A DNA stretch of 64,000 nucleotides from contig CP075493.1 in assembly GCA_021613535.1 (NCBI GenBank), positions 2,604,001 through 2,668,000 of the forward strand, written 5' to 3'. The notes under the pieces were generated by a model. The model worked only from the letters and a program-made list of their open reading frames with translations, was not told the origin of the DNA and ran no database searches. The stretch comes from Adineta vaga (lineage: Eukaryota > Animalia > Rotifera). Positions 1 to 13,685 of this stretch are shown here, piece by piece. Made by a program: the position numbers and the translations under genes. Each line of letters starts with the position of its first letter. Position 1 is the stretch's first letter.

Positions 1-586
1 TTGTGTTTGAAATATAATTCTACCGAAAGAACAACTATTGACATCAATTACATTTATATACGAGTAAAAAGAGTATGTCAAATAGAAATCAAACATCAAT
101 TCATTGATAATCTCATGTAATTAGATCAATGAACCTTTCAATAAAGAACATCATTACATGAAAATCCAGATTTTCACATTATTCTTTCGATTAATAGAAA
201 AATTATTTCATGCAATGAAATCAATGTCAATATAGATACATTCGTTCGTTTAAACTTTCATACTCTATGTACGAGACAATGACTAGTAGCAAGAGAAAAA
301 CAACGAGAGATCAAACGTATCATCAGTATTAACTTGACGGTCGCTATACAAACGAATACGACGAAGAGAAGAATGTCTGGACGCATTTCGGCTAATAACT
401 CCAAGATAAACACTCATTTAGAGAATAGAACGTATATTCAATATTGACCATTACACATCTACATACATATAATATATAACATTCGTTCAGTTGTCTGATT
501 TTATTTGACGTACATCTTTCCTCGAGTGATCGACTTGAAAATGACTCGTACATTTTGTTTTACATGAGTATGCACGGAAGGACGAC

Positions 587-3500
587 ATGGTCCATTGGTT
601 AATGATTATTCTTACTTATAATTTAGCCATTTTAAAAGTTCGTTCATTGATTAGTTTGTTTTCTTTTTCTTTTTGTCTATGATTTATTTTCTCAATTGTC
701 TTTTCAGTTATCAGTTAGTGAAGTGACACTTGCATTACGTTTACTTCATTATAAAAATCGAAATGGTTTAACATATGAAAATCGTCCATGTGATACAAAA
801 TATGAACATGATATCAATCGAGATGGCCGATGTGATACAGCGTTTTTATTTTGTCTTGTACGATTACCATTTCAAAATCCACATAATTGTACATTAGGTG
901 ATTATTTTACGGATTTTGTCGGTGCTGATGATATTCATTTTATTAATGTTAATCAACCACAACAACGATCATCTTCCACTTCATTGTTGAATTCTATTTG
1001 GTATCAACCAGTTATTAATTTCCACTTTAAATATCCTAAAGTATAATTTTAAATCAAAGATTACATTTTCTATTTTAGAATCCAATGTTGTTTTCTTTAT
1101 TTAGACAGGTGTTGGTTTAATAGTCGAAGTATTTGATATTGATGATGCTAATAATCATACCATACATGACTCGATTGATTTTTATGGTAGAACATTAGTT
1201 GATTTGAATATTTATCCATCGAAGGATTCAGCCAAACCACAACGCTTGTTTTTACGCAGTCTATTTGGTGCTTATACAAATCTAACAGCAGATTTTTCAG
1301 TTGAGTTTCTCTCTCTTTTTTCTTCACATAACACTTGAATTGAATGTTAATATTTAGCTTTATTGTTCATCGAATTATTTTGGTACAGATTGTGAAATCT
1401 TTTGTTTACCAAATGCACAACGTTATGATTGTGATTCCAATACAGGACAGAAACTTTGTAAACATGGATATTTTGGACAAGATTGTTTGAGTGGTATAGA
1501 GGGCGAAAAAAAAGGAAAGTCTCATTGATCTTGTTGGTTTTTGTTTTAGATGTTCGTGCTTGTGAAGATGAACCATGTTTAAATAATGGAACATGTGTTG
1601 TATATCTTCGAAGTTATTTATGTCAATGTCAGAAAGGATTTATGGACGATCGTGTGAAATTGGTAAGATGAACAAAGAGATATTTGACTGAAAAATGTGA
1701 GAATTCTTCGTTTAAATTAGGTTCAACAGTGCGAATCTTTTCACCGACATGTGATCGAATGAATTGTATGCATGGATATTGTTCAAAAGATGGCAAATGT
1801 GTTTGTTATAATGGTTGGACATCGGAAAATTGTAATGAAAGTTTTATTAGTGGTATGTTTAGTTTCTTTGCGAATTTCCATATTCAACGAATTGACATAG
1901 GAGAATCTGGTTGTTCCAGTCGTCCATGTTTACATAATGCAACATGTGAAACATTAACTGATGTGAATCCAGCATCCGCTTATCGTTGCCATTGTCGATC
2001 AGGATATACAGGTCGTAATTGTGAAATTGGTAAGTTTGGTTATTCATCATCATCATCTTGTATTTTCACATATCTTCAAAAGCAATGGTTCATGTTTGTG
2101 AACGAATGCATTGTATTCATGGTCAATGTTTTAAAATTGATTTTGATACAGAAATTTGTGTATGTAAAAAGAATTGGACAGGAATTGATTGTTCACAACC
2201 TTTATTTCGTAAGTAACTCGTTTTGAAATGAATGTCTATGAAACAAAATTTTCTATTTAGTACCAACAACGAAAACCAAACTTATTCGAACGACGAAATC
2301 TATGAAAATAATAAAAAATTTAACTGATGTATCTTCACAAAATAATATCCATAATTATCTCGATTTCTTAAATACGAGAAATACGATTAAGAAGAATATC
2401 AGTTTAGCTGTATCACCTGTCACTGCATCAACTATATATCCTAACTATAGTAAAAGAATACTATGAAATAGAAAGATGAACGATTTAATATTTTCTTTTC
2501 TAGAATATAAATCGCCATGTACAAGTAAACCATGTCTTCATAATTCAACTTGTGTCGCACAATCAGAACATAATTTTCAATGTATTTGTTCTCCATCATT
2601 TATTGGAGTGTATTGTGAAATCGGTATGTAAAGGATTTCTTTTATTCATACGAATCTTTTGATTTACTTCTTCCGTTAGAAATTTTAAAAATTACGCTTT
2701 TTCGTAAGTCTAGTTTTAGATTAGATAGATCAACGCATGTTGCATAGAAAACATTCGTTTTTTTTTTCAACTGAATAAGAAATGTTTTCTTTTAGAACAA
2801 AATCCATGTGAAAGTTCTCCTTGTCAGCATCAAAGTCTTTGTATAACCAAATCGAATCAACATATTCAATGTTTATGTCGACCACATTTTACCGGCAAAT
2901 TTTGTGAATATCCAGGTATCTATTTCACATCATAATCATCAATTTCAAATCTAAAATACTCCTAGTTCCATTTCATATGACACCATACAATGAAAAATGC
3001 AATCGAGTTTGTCAAAATGGTGGTGTTTGCTTGGTAAATCGAATCGAGAGATATGATTATTTGACAAATTTTCAATTTAGATTGATGAAACTAATCAAGA
3101 ACAATGTATTTGTAAACCATCATATACAGGACATTATTGTGAATCATTGAAAAGTAATTGTACCGATAGAACGGGTAAGTTTAGTTCAAATTATTATCTA
3201 TAAAAAGAGAGAATTTTTCCGACGTATAAATGTACTTAATAAAGAAAAGTATTTCTTAATGAACATCTTCTGCAATGTACCAGTTGTTAATCACAGAATA
3301 TTGAGCATTCAAAAAGTCGTAGAAAATATGATAAAACGATTTTTTTGCGTTAAAATTAAAGATAAATTCTACTTAAGAAAAGTAATTCATTTTTCATCTC
3401 GCTTAATCGAGTAAAGTATTTTAACTTTATTTTACGTTTGAAAAATAAATTAAACATAAAGTATTCTTCTTTTCAACTTTCAAACAGATGAAATATGAAG

Positions 3501-4237
3501 AAATAGGTACTCATGGCATTTATTTGTTTTAAAAAATTACTTAGATAATAAAAGAAATGCTTTTATCTTCTCAAATAAATAAATAAAAGCAATAGAACAT
3601 AACCCAAATGTTCATGTTATGATGAGAGGAACTAGTTGACATACAAAATTCGAATATTTTCTATTAGATCCTTCCTGTTACATTGATCCATGTAAATCTA
3701 ATCCATGTTTATCCAATGGAACTTGTCATATGTTATTATCATCGAAAAATTACATTTGTTCATGTCCTGAACAATATACAGGTAATCGGTGTGAATCCGA
3801 AATGAACTCGAATTCATCAAAAGTTTTTGCAACTGATTCCAATTCGGACAATGATGATGATGATGATGATGATGATAATAATAGTACAAGCAATCTTTGG
3901 CCATTAGCTATTGTCTTTGGTTATGTATTTTCTTTAATGTTAGTTTTTATAATCATTTGGTTTTTATGGTAAATTCTCGGTTTTTTTTAAAAATATTCTT
4001 CTAAACTATAGTTTTTATTATTATTATCTAAGGTATGGTTTAACAATTCGTCCTCAATCATATACTCCATATGGTGAACGTGTTAGTAATGATCGTTATC
4101 AACCATATCGATTAGGTGTTAGTAATCCACTTTTTTTTACAAATCAAGAATATATTACACCCATATCAACAACATTATTAACACCACCAACAACAATATC
4201 AAATCTTGATCAATGGACACGAACAATAACTCGTTAA
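587..4237 (+). CDS. Delta-like Notch ligand (signal peptide, N-terminal C2/MNNL region, DSL domain, 8 EGF repeats, TM, short tail); multi-exon; apparent 1-nt frameshift near 1640
   Basis: Spliced model starts at ATG 587 (MVHWLMIILTYNLAILK|LSVSEVTLALRLLHYKN...). DSL exon ~1358-1493 reads YCSSNYFGTDCEIFCLPNAQRYDCDSNTGQKLCKHGYFGQDC. EGF exons include CEDEPCLNNGTC, CSSRPCLHNATC, CTSKPCLHNSTC, CESSPCQHQSLC and CKSNPCLSNGTC. TM is LWPLAIVFGYVFSLMLVFIIIWFLW; stop TAA 4235-4237. Confidence 0.88.
3853..3876 (+). repeat. (GAT)8 coding microsatellite, poly-Asp just outside the Delta TM helix
   Basis: Eight perfect GAT units in frame in ORF 3730..3972. Confidence 0.95.
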
Positions 4238-4497
4238 GATTATTTCAAGAACAGACAAAAAGACTAAAAAAAAGAAAAAGAAGAAGAAGAATTTCTAAAG
4301 AAGTTTTTCTCAATTCTGTTTGTTTGTTTTTTTTCGCATGAGTACTATGTACACATTAAATGAAGAAAGAAAGAAAGAAAGAAAGAGCAGCAACAGTAAA
4401 ATAGATGAGCAACGAGAACACAAAAAGAAAAATTCTCGATTATCATCACCAAAAATCATCTTCTTCCGATTGTGGTTTATTGATTTTATTAGAATGT

Positions 4498-7400
4498 TTA
4501 CCAGTTCGATCAACATCCGATGTTGAACTTGTTTCGGAATAATCTCGAATAATTTTTACAGGAGCTTTTGTTGTTGTAACAGGAGGACGTGGAGAAAATG
4601 AATCACTATTTTCACTCTAAAAATCAAACAATAAGAGATTTTATTTATAGAATAAAAGAAATGACACTATTTTCTGACCTTTTCTTGTTCGGGACTTTCA
4701 ATAATATTGTCAATGATTGATCCTGATGAGTTTCTTTGCGTTGGATTAGTAACTAAATTTGTTTGATGATTATCACGATTACTAGGTGATCCTGTTCGAG
4801 TTAATGTTGAATAAACATCGGCTAAAGAATTCAATTTAGTCAAAAAGATTAGTTTAATGTCAATCATCTTACCAGATTGTTGTCTCATCATTTTCTTATT
4901 ACTATGATGACTACTTGATGAAGTTGATGATGAAGATGAGGATGATAATGATACTTGTTGATTTTCCATAACGATTGGTGTTCTCATATCAGGATGTTCA
5001 AGTATATTTGGTACACTACCACCATTACTTTCATGATTACTCATGATTTTACTTGTTACTAACGAACGTCGACTAGTTCGATCATTATTTGTTGCAGGTT
5101 TAATTGTTACTTCCGGATGTTCAAAGATACGTTCATGACTTTGAGAGAATACTTTATGTCGATTATTTGTATTCGTTTGTGATGTTAATAAACTTCTAAA
5201 AGAATTTCATAAATTTGTTGAAAATTATATTGACTAGGAGAAAAATAAATTTATCTTTGAACTAAAAAAATATGAAAACTTAGAATGTATCAATCGTCTA
5301 TAGATATCAGATAAGTTAATTTCATCTTCCCTATTCTTTGGGTGTCAAAAAAAACATACTTTCATTTTAGCTAACACTTCTTTTGTCTTTATTTTCTACT
5401 AGAGGTTAAATAAATATAAATAGAAAATCTAAATTTAGATGCGTAGATGGAGAAAAAAAAAATATATATGAAATGGAACAATGTTCCTCGAACAACCCGG
5501 TATACTTACTCAGAGAGATTAGTCAATGGTTGATCTTTATTCCAATTGAATTTATGTGTATGAGAACTGATATCTTGCAATGATGTTGAACTTGGCATTG
5601 TATTTGTTGTTGTTCCTTGTATTTGTGCACTTAATTTAACATTTGGCACACGTCTTGTGGATGAATAATCAATTTCTATTACATAATGGAAAGAGAATAA
5701 AAGTAGAATATATTCATTTCAGCTGGTACGATTTATTTTTTTTATCATAGGCAATCTTTCAAGTATACTCCACTGAAGAAGTACTTAGATATCAGTAGAA
5801 AGGGCGAACTAAACTTTCTTTTCTATTTGAAAAAAAAGAGAATAGAGTACCACCTGTATTTTTATTCTTGTTATCATCCATCGCAACACGCTCGTACAAG
5901 TGTATCTGTGACGTTACAGAAAAAGAAATTTTTTAAATATACTGACGAAAAACATTCTGTTACTGTTTATCTATTATTTAAAAAAGAAAAAGCTGATACC
6001 GATGCATACATTGAATAATGATGATGTAAACTATGAAAGAAAGACGATCTTTTTTGCGTTTCTAGTTACATACTAAAAATATCATGAAGGTCGTCTTTTA
6101 TAACTTTGTTTTCTCTTCTCGTGAGTTGCAAGATTAGACTTTTTTCAAAAAACAAGAAATTATCTGTCAGAATCGAATTATTCACATATGTATATGTTCG
6201 TTTTCGTCTTATTATGTATCTCTTGAGAGAGAGAGAGAAAACAGGGATTGTGTTATAAATAAGTGATACCCTTTCATTACAAAGAATGTTTTTTTATTGA
6301 TGGTTTTCTTTTTTCTTCTTCTTCTGTCATGTACTTTTGTGAAGATGACTTGTTTCTGTAGTTATGAAGAGACAAAAAGAAGTACTAGTGACAGTAATCG
6401 TCTTCGATTCGAAGTCATGGAAAGATAAAAAGCTTGTTAAGAGTGAGAGTGTGCATAACTATAGAATAATGACATGAAAAAAAAACAAGATGAAGAAAAG
6501 AAAAGAAGTTTTATTCCTTTTTCTTAAGATATAAATAGTAATCAAGCTATATTCTTTTTCATTCATTTTCTTGAAAAAAAAAGAGGAAAAAAAACATCGG
6601 TCTCTCATATGCCTGCACGGAAATAACTGTAAGATGACAGGATGACATTATGCATCTTCTTTCCGTATTTTCTCCGTTGATTAAATAAAATAATCTACAC
6701 ATGCTAACCAGGATTTCTTTTCTTCGATTGAAAATACAACTTCTCTTTTTCCTTTCTTCAAAATAGTAAAATCCTCGATTCAGTCTTACAATTGAATTAA
6801 TTTATCAGATCAATAACATTTTTCTTCTATTTCTCTACGATTCAATCATTATATACGTTACATGAAGACGATTACTATGATTATTATTATTATTATTATT
6901 ATTTGTTTCCGTATTGACTCGTTCGTTAGTACTTATCGTCGTCGTCGTTCTTCTGTTATTTTCTGCTTCGAAAGACTGCAAATAATCCAAGAAACATAAA
7001 GATCTTTTCTTCTCTTCTCTCATCTTTAACTCAATTAAATGAATCATGATGAAAAACAGAAAAGTTTATCTACACTGATAATATATTTTTCTTATTAGAA
7101 AGTTGTCTGTTGAACACAGAAGAAGAAAAACCCTAAAAACATACCGTGTGACATTAAATGACGTATTTGTAAATGAATACAAACTAAAATATCATTTTTC
7201 TTTTGTTTATATGATTTTTTTTCTTCTTTCTATAATGATTGGACAGCATGAACAGATAGAATGTTCATCCGAGACATTCATTCACTTCCGCAATCAAGAA
7301 AATTTTATCTATAGATGAGCAATGAGTCTATTCTTTGAGATGTCTTTCAGAAGTTTTTCTTTCTTCGTTATATATATATAGATAGATAGAAAGAAGAAAT

Positions 7401-10400
7401 AAGAAGAACATCGTTTGCAGACTTGCTCATCAAATACCTTCGGGCAAAATCTTTTCTATTCAAACAGTTGATTTAGACATTCGATTGAAATAGAAAACAG
7501 TCAATTTTCGATCTGATCATAAACGAACTATAATGAGATAATAAATTGCAGCGAGAAAATATAATTAGAAAGTCAATTTTTATATCAACTTACGTTTTTT
7601 TACTCTCTCTCTCTCTGGATTTTACTGAACGCTTCTGGATTATCTGACTGTTTAGGGAATTTGTTAGACGTGAATGAAAATTCGCTAAAGATCTAAATTG
7701 AATTATTCAATTAAAAAAGAGCGAGTACATTTTCATTGCTCTTCGATAGGAAATCGACTAAAGACTTAGAACTTACTGGAATTTGATAGCAGCATTACGT
7801 ATTAGAATATATCAATACAGAGAAATTGTTCATTCAAAAACAGATAGTAAAAAATGCGTATAAAACCGAATACGCGGTTCAGGAAAATAAGCCAAAGAAA
7901 AATGAAAGAAAAAAAAACGATAGTAGATCCTTTTTTCTCTTCTTCTTCTTCTTCTTCTCCTGAATCTCCTACGCGTTCGTTCTTTCCATTTTTCCATCAT
8001 TAGAAAAGAAAAAGAAGACGACGACAACGAAAAAAACCATGAAGAAGAAAGAAAACTATGTGCATCTGTGTTATTTGAAAATAAAGAACGAATAATAAAA
8101 TTTAGAACTAATAGTGCATTTTTATTTTGAAGGAACATAAATACGATGTTATCGTTTCTATCTCTCATCTAAATTAATGACAAATAATATGAAAATAAAA
8201 AACGTACTTTTTATTCTATCCATACGATACGTGCATGTTGAAATAAATATACGCCTTTTAAACATATATCAACATTGAATAAATACACGTACCTTTTGTA
8301 TATGCATGGTTATTCGATATAAGGAAAGAACCGAAAAGAAATAGATAGACGCCTCTCATCTCTGATGTTGTTCCTTACAAATATAGAATGTGACGAAGAA
8401 ATAGAATAGAATAGAACTAACATAACTGTCAGTCCCATCATTCTGCTTTTGTGGTTACCTTTCAATGGTAAAGTATTTGGATGTGAAGTTTTTGTTAATA
8501 TACGATGTTGATAATCACGATAACTTTCTTCAACTCTCTACAATAAAATCTTTCTATAAAATCAATAGAATATTTTCAACATACATCTGCTTCACGATCA
8601 AGTTCATGCATTCGTAATTTTGCTTCTTCAATAAATTGATTATAATTCGATGACGTAGAATATCGACTTTGATTTAATTGAACATCACTTGCTGATTTCA
8701 TTACATGAGATAAATAATCACCACCATGATTACTTGGAAAACGGCCATTAAAACTATCAAAAAACAAATTTTAAACGATGAAAAATCTCTTCATTTGAAG
8801 TTCATACTAAGGTTCTGGTTCATTTGATGATTGTAAAAGAGCAATTTGTGTTTTCAAATCAACTAATTCATCATTAACAACTCTTTGACCAATTGCTTGA
8901 TTATCCAAAACACTTTTCAATTCGCGCATAACCCCTCGCTAAAAAGGAAGTGAACTGTTTCATTGAAAATTTTCTGCTTTTATCTTACAGAATTATGTGA
9001 GCGTTCACGTGGTGATGAACTACCACTATCATGTTGATAACGATCTTTAAAAAACAAATCTGCACAATTCAACGAAATCTATTCGATTTCATTTACATAC
9101 CAGAACGTTGTGATCGGCTAAAGAAGAAAAGTATTAACATTAATAGTTAATATGATAAGTAACGAAAGAAGATTTTACCTTTTTGTATTATTCATTTGAG
9201 ATTTTAGAACAGCATTTTCTTCTCGAATAGATTGATAATCAAAAACCTAACAGAATGGAATGACATATAACACTAGTACATCAGGCTTTATTTATCTTTA
9301 ATAAATAGAAAAATAAAACATCGGAACCTTATTTTGAGAAAAGTTCGAAGTCTCGAAACCGGAATTTTGATCGTAGCTTTCTAAAAAATCGTTATCAGAA
9401 CCGAGAACTGCAGAAGTCAAAGTACCGAAACCGGAAACGGATGTAAAACCATTAAAAAAGATTAGTTAGTTTAGAACTAAACAAAATTTGCTTCTATAGA
9501 TAGTTAATCATAACAAAAGACAGCCTAATCTATGAAAGATGACTAATTTTCTGAAGAGAAAAACAATGGTTTTGTATGAATATTTCAATCGATAATTACT
9601 TGTTTAGATTTTTCACGAAAAATTTCATTTTCATTTTGAAGAACTTTTATTTCACTTTGTAAACGATGTATAGTTGACTGAAAAAAAATATAATTATCAA
9701 TATCGAAAATCTCATTGTCTCTTTGAAGAAGACATACATCAGCTTCAGAATAATGTTTACGCATAGCAACTATTTCTGTTTTAGATTGTTCAGCTGCTAG
9801 ACGTTCTTCGCCAAGTCGTCTTGCTTCTTCTATTCATTGAGGAAAAAAAACAGAGAAAAATAAGTTCGTTGATTCAAAAAAAGTTCAGTTGTTTACCTTG
9901 ATTTCTCATTTCGATTAATTGTAAATTTTTATTTCGTTCAGTAAATTGTTGTTCAATTTCAAATCGTAATCTAGTGAATAAAGAATTCAATAAATCAAAA
10001 CATTCTTCTATAAAAACAGACTTGTTTAATTTCATTTGAACTTGTTGATCCACATGTAATTCCGTATTGGATAGTGTTACTTCACGTTTCCGTATATCAT
10101 CTTCAAGACGTTTTACACGATCAGCTTCTAATACTAAAGATCTAAATAGAAAACCAGAATAATAAAGACCAAAATAACATCTCAATTATAGATTTGTATT
10201 AGTTTAGTACTATCAATGTCTGTCAGTCTGTCTATCTTTAGTCATTAGGATAATATAAATTACTCCTTTTTTTCTCTCATGATGATGCAGAACACGAACA
10301 ACATTTATATTCATAAATACTTTAACGTGCTTATTAACAATAAATTCTATAGGATGAAGGAAAATTTTGTGCATCTATAAAAGAAGTTATTAATACGAGA

Positions 10401-12092
10401 CTAATAATGTGACAGGCACAAATAATTGTGAATAAGTCGGTATATTGCATGAAGTATGAGCGATCAGAAAAAGAAGAATTATCAAGTCTAGACTATTTCT
10501 CTGGTCTACATAAAGAAATTAGTGATTGTTTATGTTATTTTAAGATTTTATTGGGTAAAAATATTCAACGAAACTTTCATGTTCATTACAGAGTCTTACA
10601 TCCGACAGGATTTCTGAGAAGGAAATATATTTCCTGAATCTATAGATTAGAGTTTAATTAGAGGGAATGTTTGAGTACAATATTAGTAGAAAGCAATGAA
10701 CTGTTGGATTACCGTTCGCGTATTTCAAGATTTCTTTGATTTTCAGTTTCTCGAATTTTCATTGCTTTTAATTCTTCGAGAAAAGTTTGTCTTTGTGCAT
10801 ATAATTCTCGTCGTTCATTCTATTTGATAAAGAAACTATGATGAGAAATTCATTGAATATCATATATACTTCAAGTTCAGCTTTAAATCGATCACTAATG
10901 CGTCCTTCTTTTTCATTTAAAGTTTCTTGTTTCGAATGATAAAGTGTTTCAAGCTTAAAAGACAAATCAAACTCTAATCATCTTCTCTTTCTTTTTTGAC
11001 TTATAAAGATGACGAACTTCTTTTCGTAATGATTGTAATTCCATTTGACATTTTAAACGTTCACTTTCACGAATTTTTTTGATTTCATTTTCACGAAATT
11101 CATCCATCTAAAGAATTATCTTTGATTTTAAAATCATTTTGAAAATAAATTTACTTGTTGTCGAAGATTTTCTTTTGTTCGTAATTCGATATTTTTTTGA
11201 AATAGTAATAATTTTTCTTCAGTAGACAGATTATGCATCGATGACATATCATCTTGACGATTATTATACATTGCATCAAGATTATTCAATTTTTCATCTA
11301 AATCAAATATTCGATTTTTTTAAGATTTGATTACATGTTCATCCTCAAAATCTATCATTTCGAGAGACTCTTTCATTCAGACAAAAATTCCTATCTTGCA
11401 GATTATGATAACTAACCAAGTGTGGCTCCAGCAATTGAACCAGTCCACAGTTCATGTGATGTTTGTGTTCCATTACTTTGCCATGAACCTGGTAACCACG
11501 AAGCAATACATGTTAACATTGACATCAGGAGACTTGCATGACCATTAATCTCTTTATTTGATTTCTAAGAAAAAAAACAAATCACAATTCACCTATTCAT
11601 TTCAATATAGTTTCTTACAATTTTTTTATAAAATGTTGATTCAGTTGATATATTCAATAGACGAAGAATTTCTTCATCAGACATAATCTAAAATACGACG
11701 AATTTTTCTTTCTTAATATCCTATTTTTTTTAAATTAAATCTACTTTATAATCATTAATATTTGCTTCAGGTATAAAAACACTTGTTGTATAATTATATT
11801 TTTGTCCTTGAAAATAATCTACAATCAAAGCATTTAATGCTCGAACAAGTAATGTTGGTTGTGTTGATGATGATGAAAATCGAATTTGATTATCAATACC
11901 ACCGCGTAACTCTTGAATTAATCGACCACGTAAATGAGACTAAAAGTCAATTGAATAATGAACAAAATACAAGAGTAACGAATGAATTCAACTAACTTTA
12001 ACATTATCAACAATGCCTTTTGATTTCATTAAATCGAATAATTTTATTCGAAGATCTCGTCCACTAAGTCCATCTTGTTCGACAGTCGTCAT
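4498..12092 (-). CDS. OFD1: OFD1-like centriole/basal-body protein (TOF/LisH N-terminus, long coiled coil, low-complexity C-terminus); multi-exon
   Basis: ATG 12092: MTTVEQDGLSGRDLRIKLFDLMKSKGIVDNVK|SQLRGRLIQELR...LLVRALNALIVDYFQGQKYNYTTSVFIPEA matches the OFD1 N-terminus. Coiled-coil exons lie at 8460-11300 (e.g. AKLRMHELDREAD|RVEESYRDYQ). A phase-1 donor at ~8458 matches the acceptor at ~5678, linking the Ser/Thr-rich exons at 4498-5678; this 3' link is less certain. Confidence 0.8.
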
Positions 12093-12420
12093 CTTTTTAT
12101 TTTATCGAACCTTGAAAACTGAAAAAATGAATTGAATTATATGCTTTAACAGTTGAATAAAACCACAACGACCATATCCGATTTGTTTCCTATCACAATA
12201 CCTCTATTCATGATCCCGACAGACATATCTTCTTCTCTATTTGTATTGGTTCCATTTTAACCAATGAAGAATTAAACTTAGAAGTCAAACGAAAAAATAA
12301 CATTGATGTGATGAGATACATCCATCGAAGTTTATTATTTCCAAGTAAATATTATAATAAACTTCTATTCTTATCTTTTCCTCGTTATTAGTTGTTACTT
12401 TCGTACGAAAAAAATGTATC
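12093..12420. promoter_or_regulatory. Probable bidirectional promoter between OFD1 and the C45 gene, with inverted CCAAT boxes
   Basis: Head-to-head ATGs are 329 bp apart. ATTGGTT (12245-12251) and AACCAAT (12259-12265) form an inverted pair at the midpoint. Confidence 0.55.
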
Positions 12421-13685
12421 ATGACTTCAAATAGAATTCAATTACATCGTGTTAAAGGTACACATTATGAATGTGCACATCATATTGGTCAATTAACACG
12501 TGAATCAATTCGACAACGTATTGCAAATGATCTTGCTTATTTATCGACATTATTTACGTTTATTCTAACAGAATATGGTCAAAAATTACATCGAGATTTT
12601 ATTGAAAGAATTCGTTCGTTATATCCATGGTATTGGGATGAAATACGTGGATTAGCTGATGGTTCACAAGTTCCATTAGAACAAATCCTTGTACTGAATT
12701 TTTTAAATGAAACTCGTACAGCTTATCGTTTATTAGAAGAACAAAAACAAATAGAAAATGAAACTGGTGAACAAGGTTGTACAACAGTATTAATCAATCG
12801 AAAAGATACAAATACATTATCATTATTACATAATGAAGATCATTCAAGTGCATTATATATGACTGGATATCTTATTGAAGCTGATATACAGTCAAGTAAA
12901 TACGATAACGATCAACGTGAAAGTCCAAATGAGAAATTCATTGCTTATTGTTATGCTGGAGTTATTCCAGGTAGCATATAGATTCTCTTTTTAAAAAAAA
13001 ATGAAGCTTTTGATTGATCTATCTAGGTAATGCATTTGGTGTTAATGTACATGGTTTTGTATGTGCAATGAATGGTCTCTATCCAAATTTCGTTGCTCAT
13101 GGTCGTTTACCACGTCAAATTGTAAATCGAGCATTACTTTCGATTAGAAATGAAGAAGAATTAGATCAATTAATTCGTTCATCACCTGTTGCATATGGAT
13201 TTTGTATCAATGGTGGATTTATTCATGAAAAAAGTCATTTACTTAATTATGAAATAGGTCCGAATTTAGATGAAGATAATCAAAATTATATAAGTAAATG
13301 TCGAATTATAAATTCCGAAGAAAATTTCGACAAAATCAATGGAGATTCAATTGTTAGAAATTATCTTATTCATTACAATCATTATGAACGATTAGATCAT
13401 GTTATTCATCAACAAAAAGCACTTGAATCATCATTTAGTCGATGGAAACGTGGTAGAGAACTCGGTGAAATCTTTGATATAAATGATGCCATGCGATTAC
13501 TTGGCGATCATGACAATGAATTATTTCCAATATTTCGTACTTCAAATCGTTCCGATGTGAATTCCGTGACACTTTGTACAGTACATATGAATTTTCTAAC
13601 ATTAGAACTTCGTATTTTTCAAACAAATCCAAAAGAAAATAATCAACCAACATTAATTTATAATTTACGAGAACTATTTCTATAG
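12421..13685 (+). CDS. Peptidase C45 / acyl-CoA:6-APA acyltransferase family Ntn-hydrolase (tan-like beta-alanyl-amine hydrolase); 2 exons, intron 12971-13026
   Basis: Autocleavage motif QG|CTT, HNED, YCYAGVIPGNAFGVNVHG, PRQIVNRALL and HYNHY. A phase-1 GT-AG intron joins ORFs 12421..12981 and 13014..13685. Confidence 0.88.

Noticed and set aside
9320-9455. GAAACCGGAA-type motif cluster in an OFD1 intron, resembling a MITE/hAT remnant
   Set aside because: No terminal inverted repeats or target-site duplication could be established within the window.
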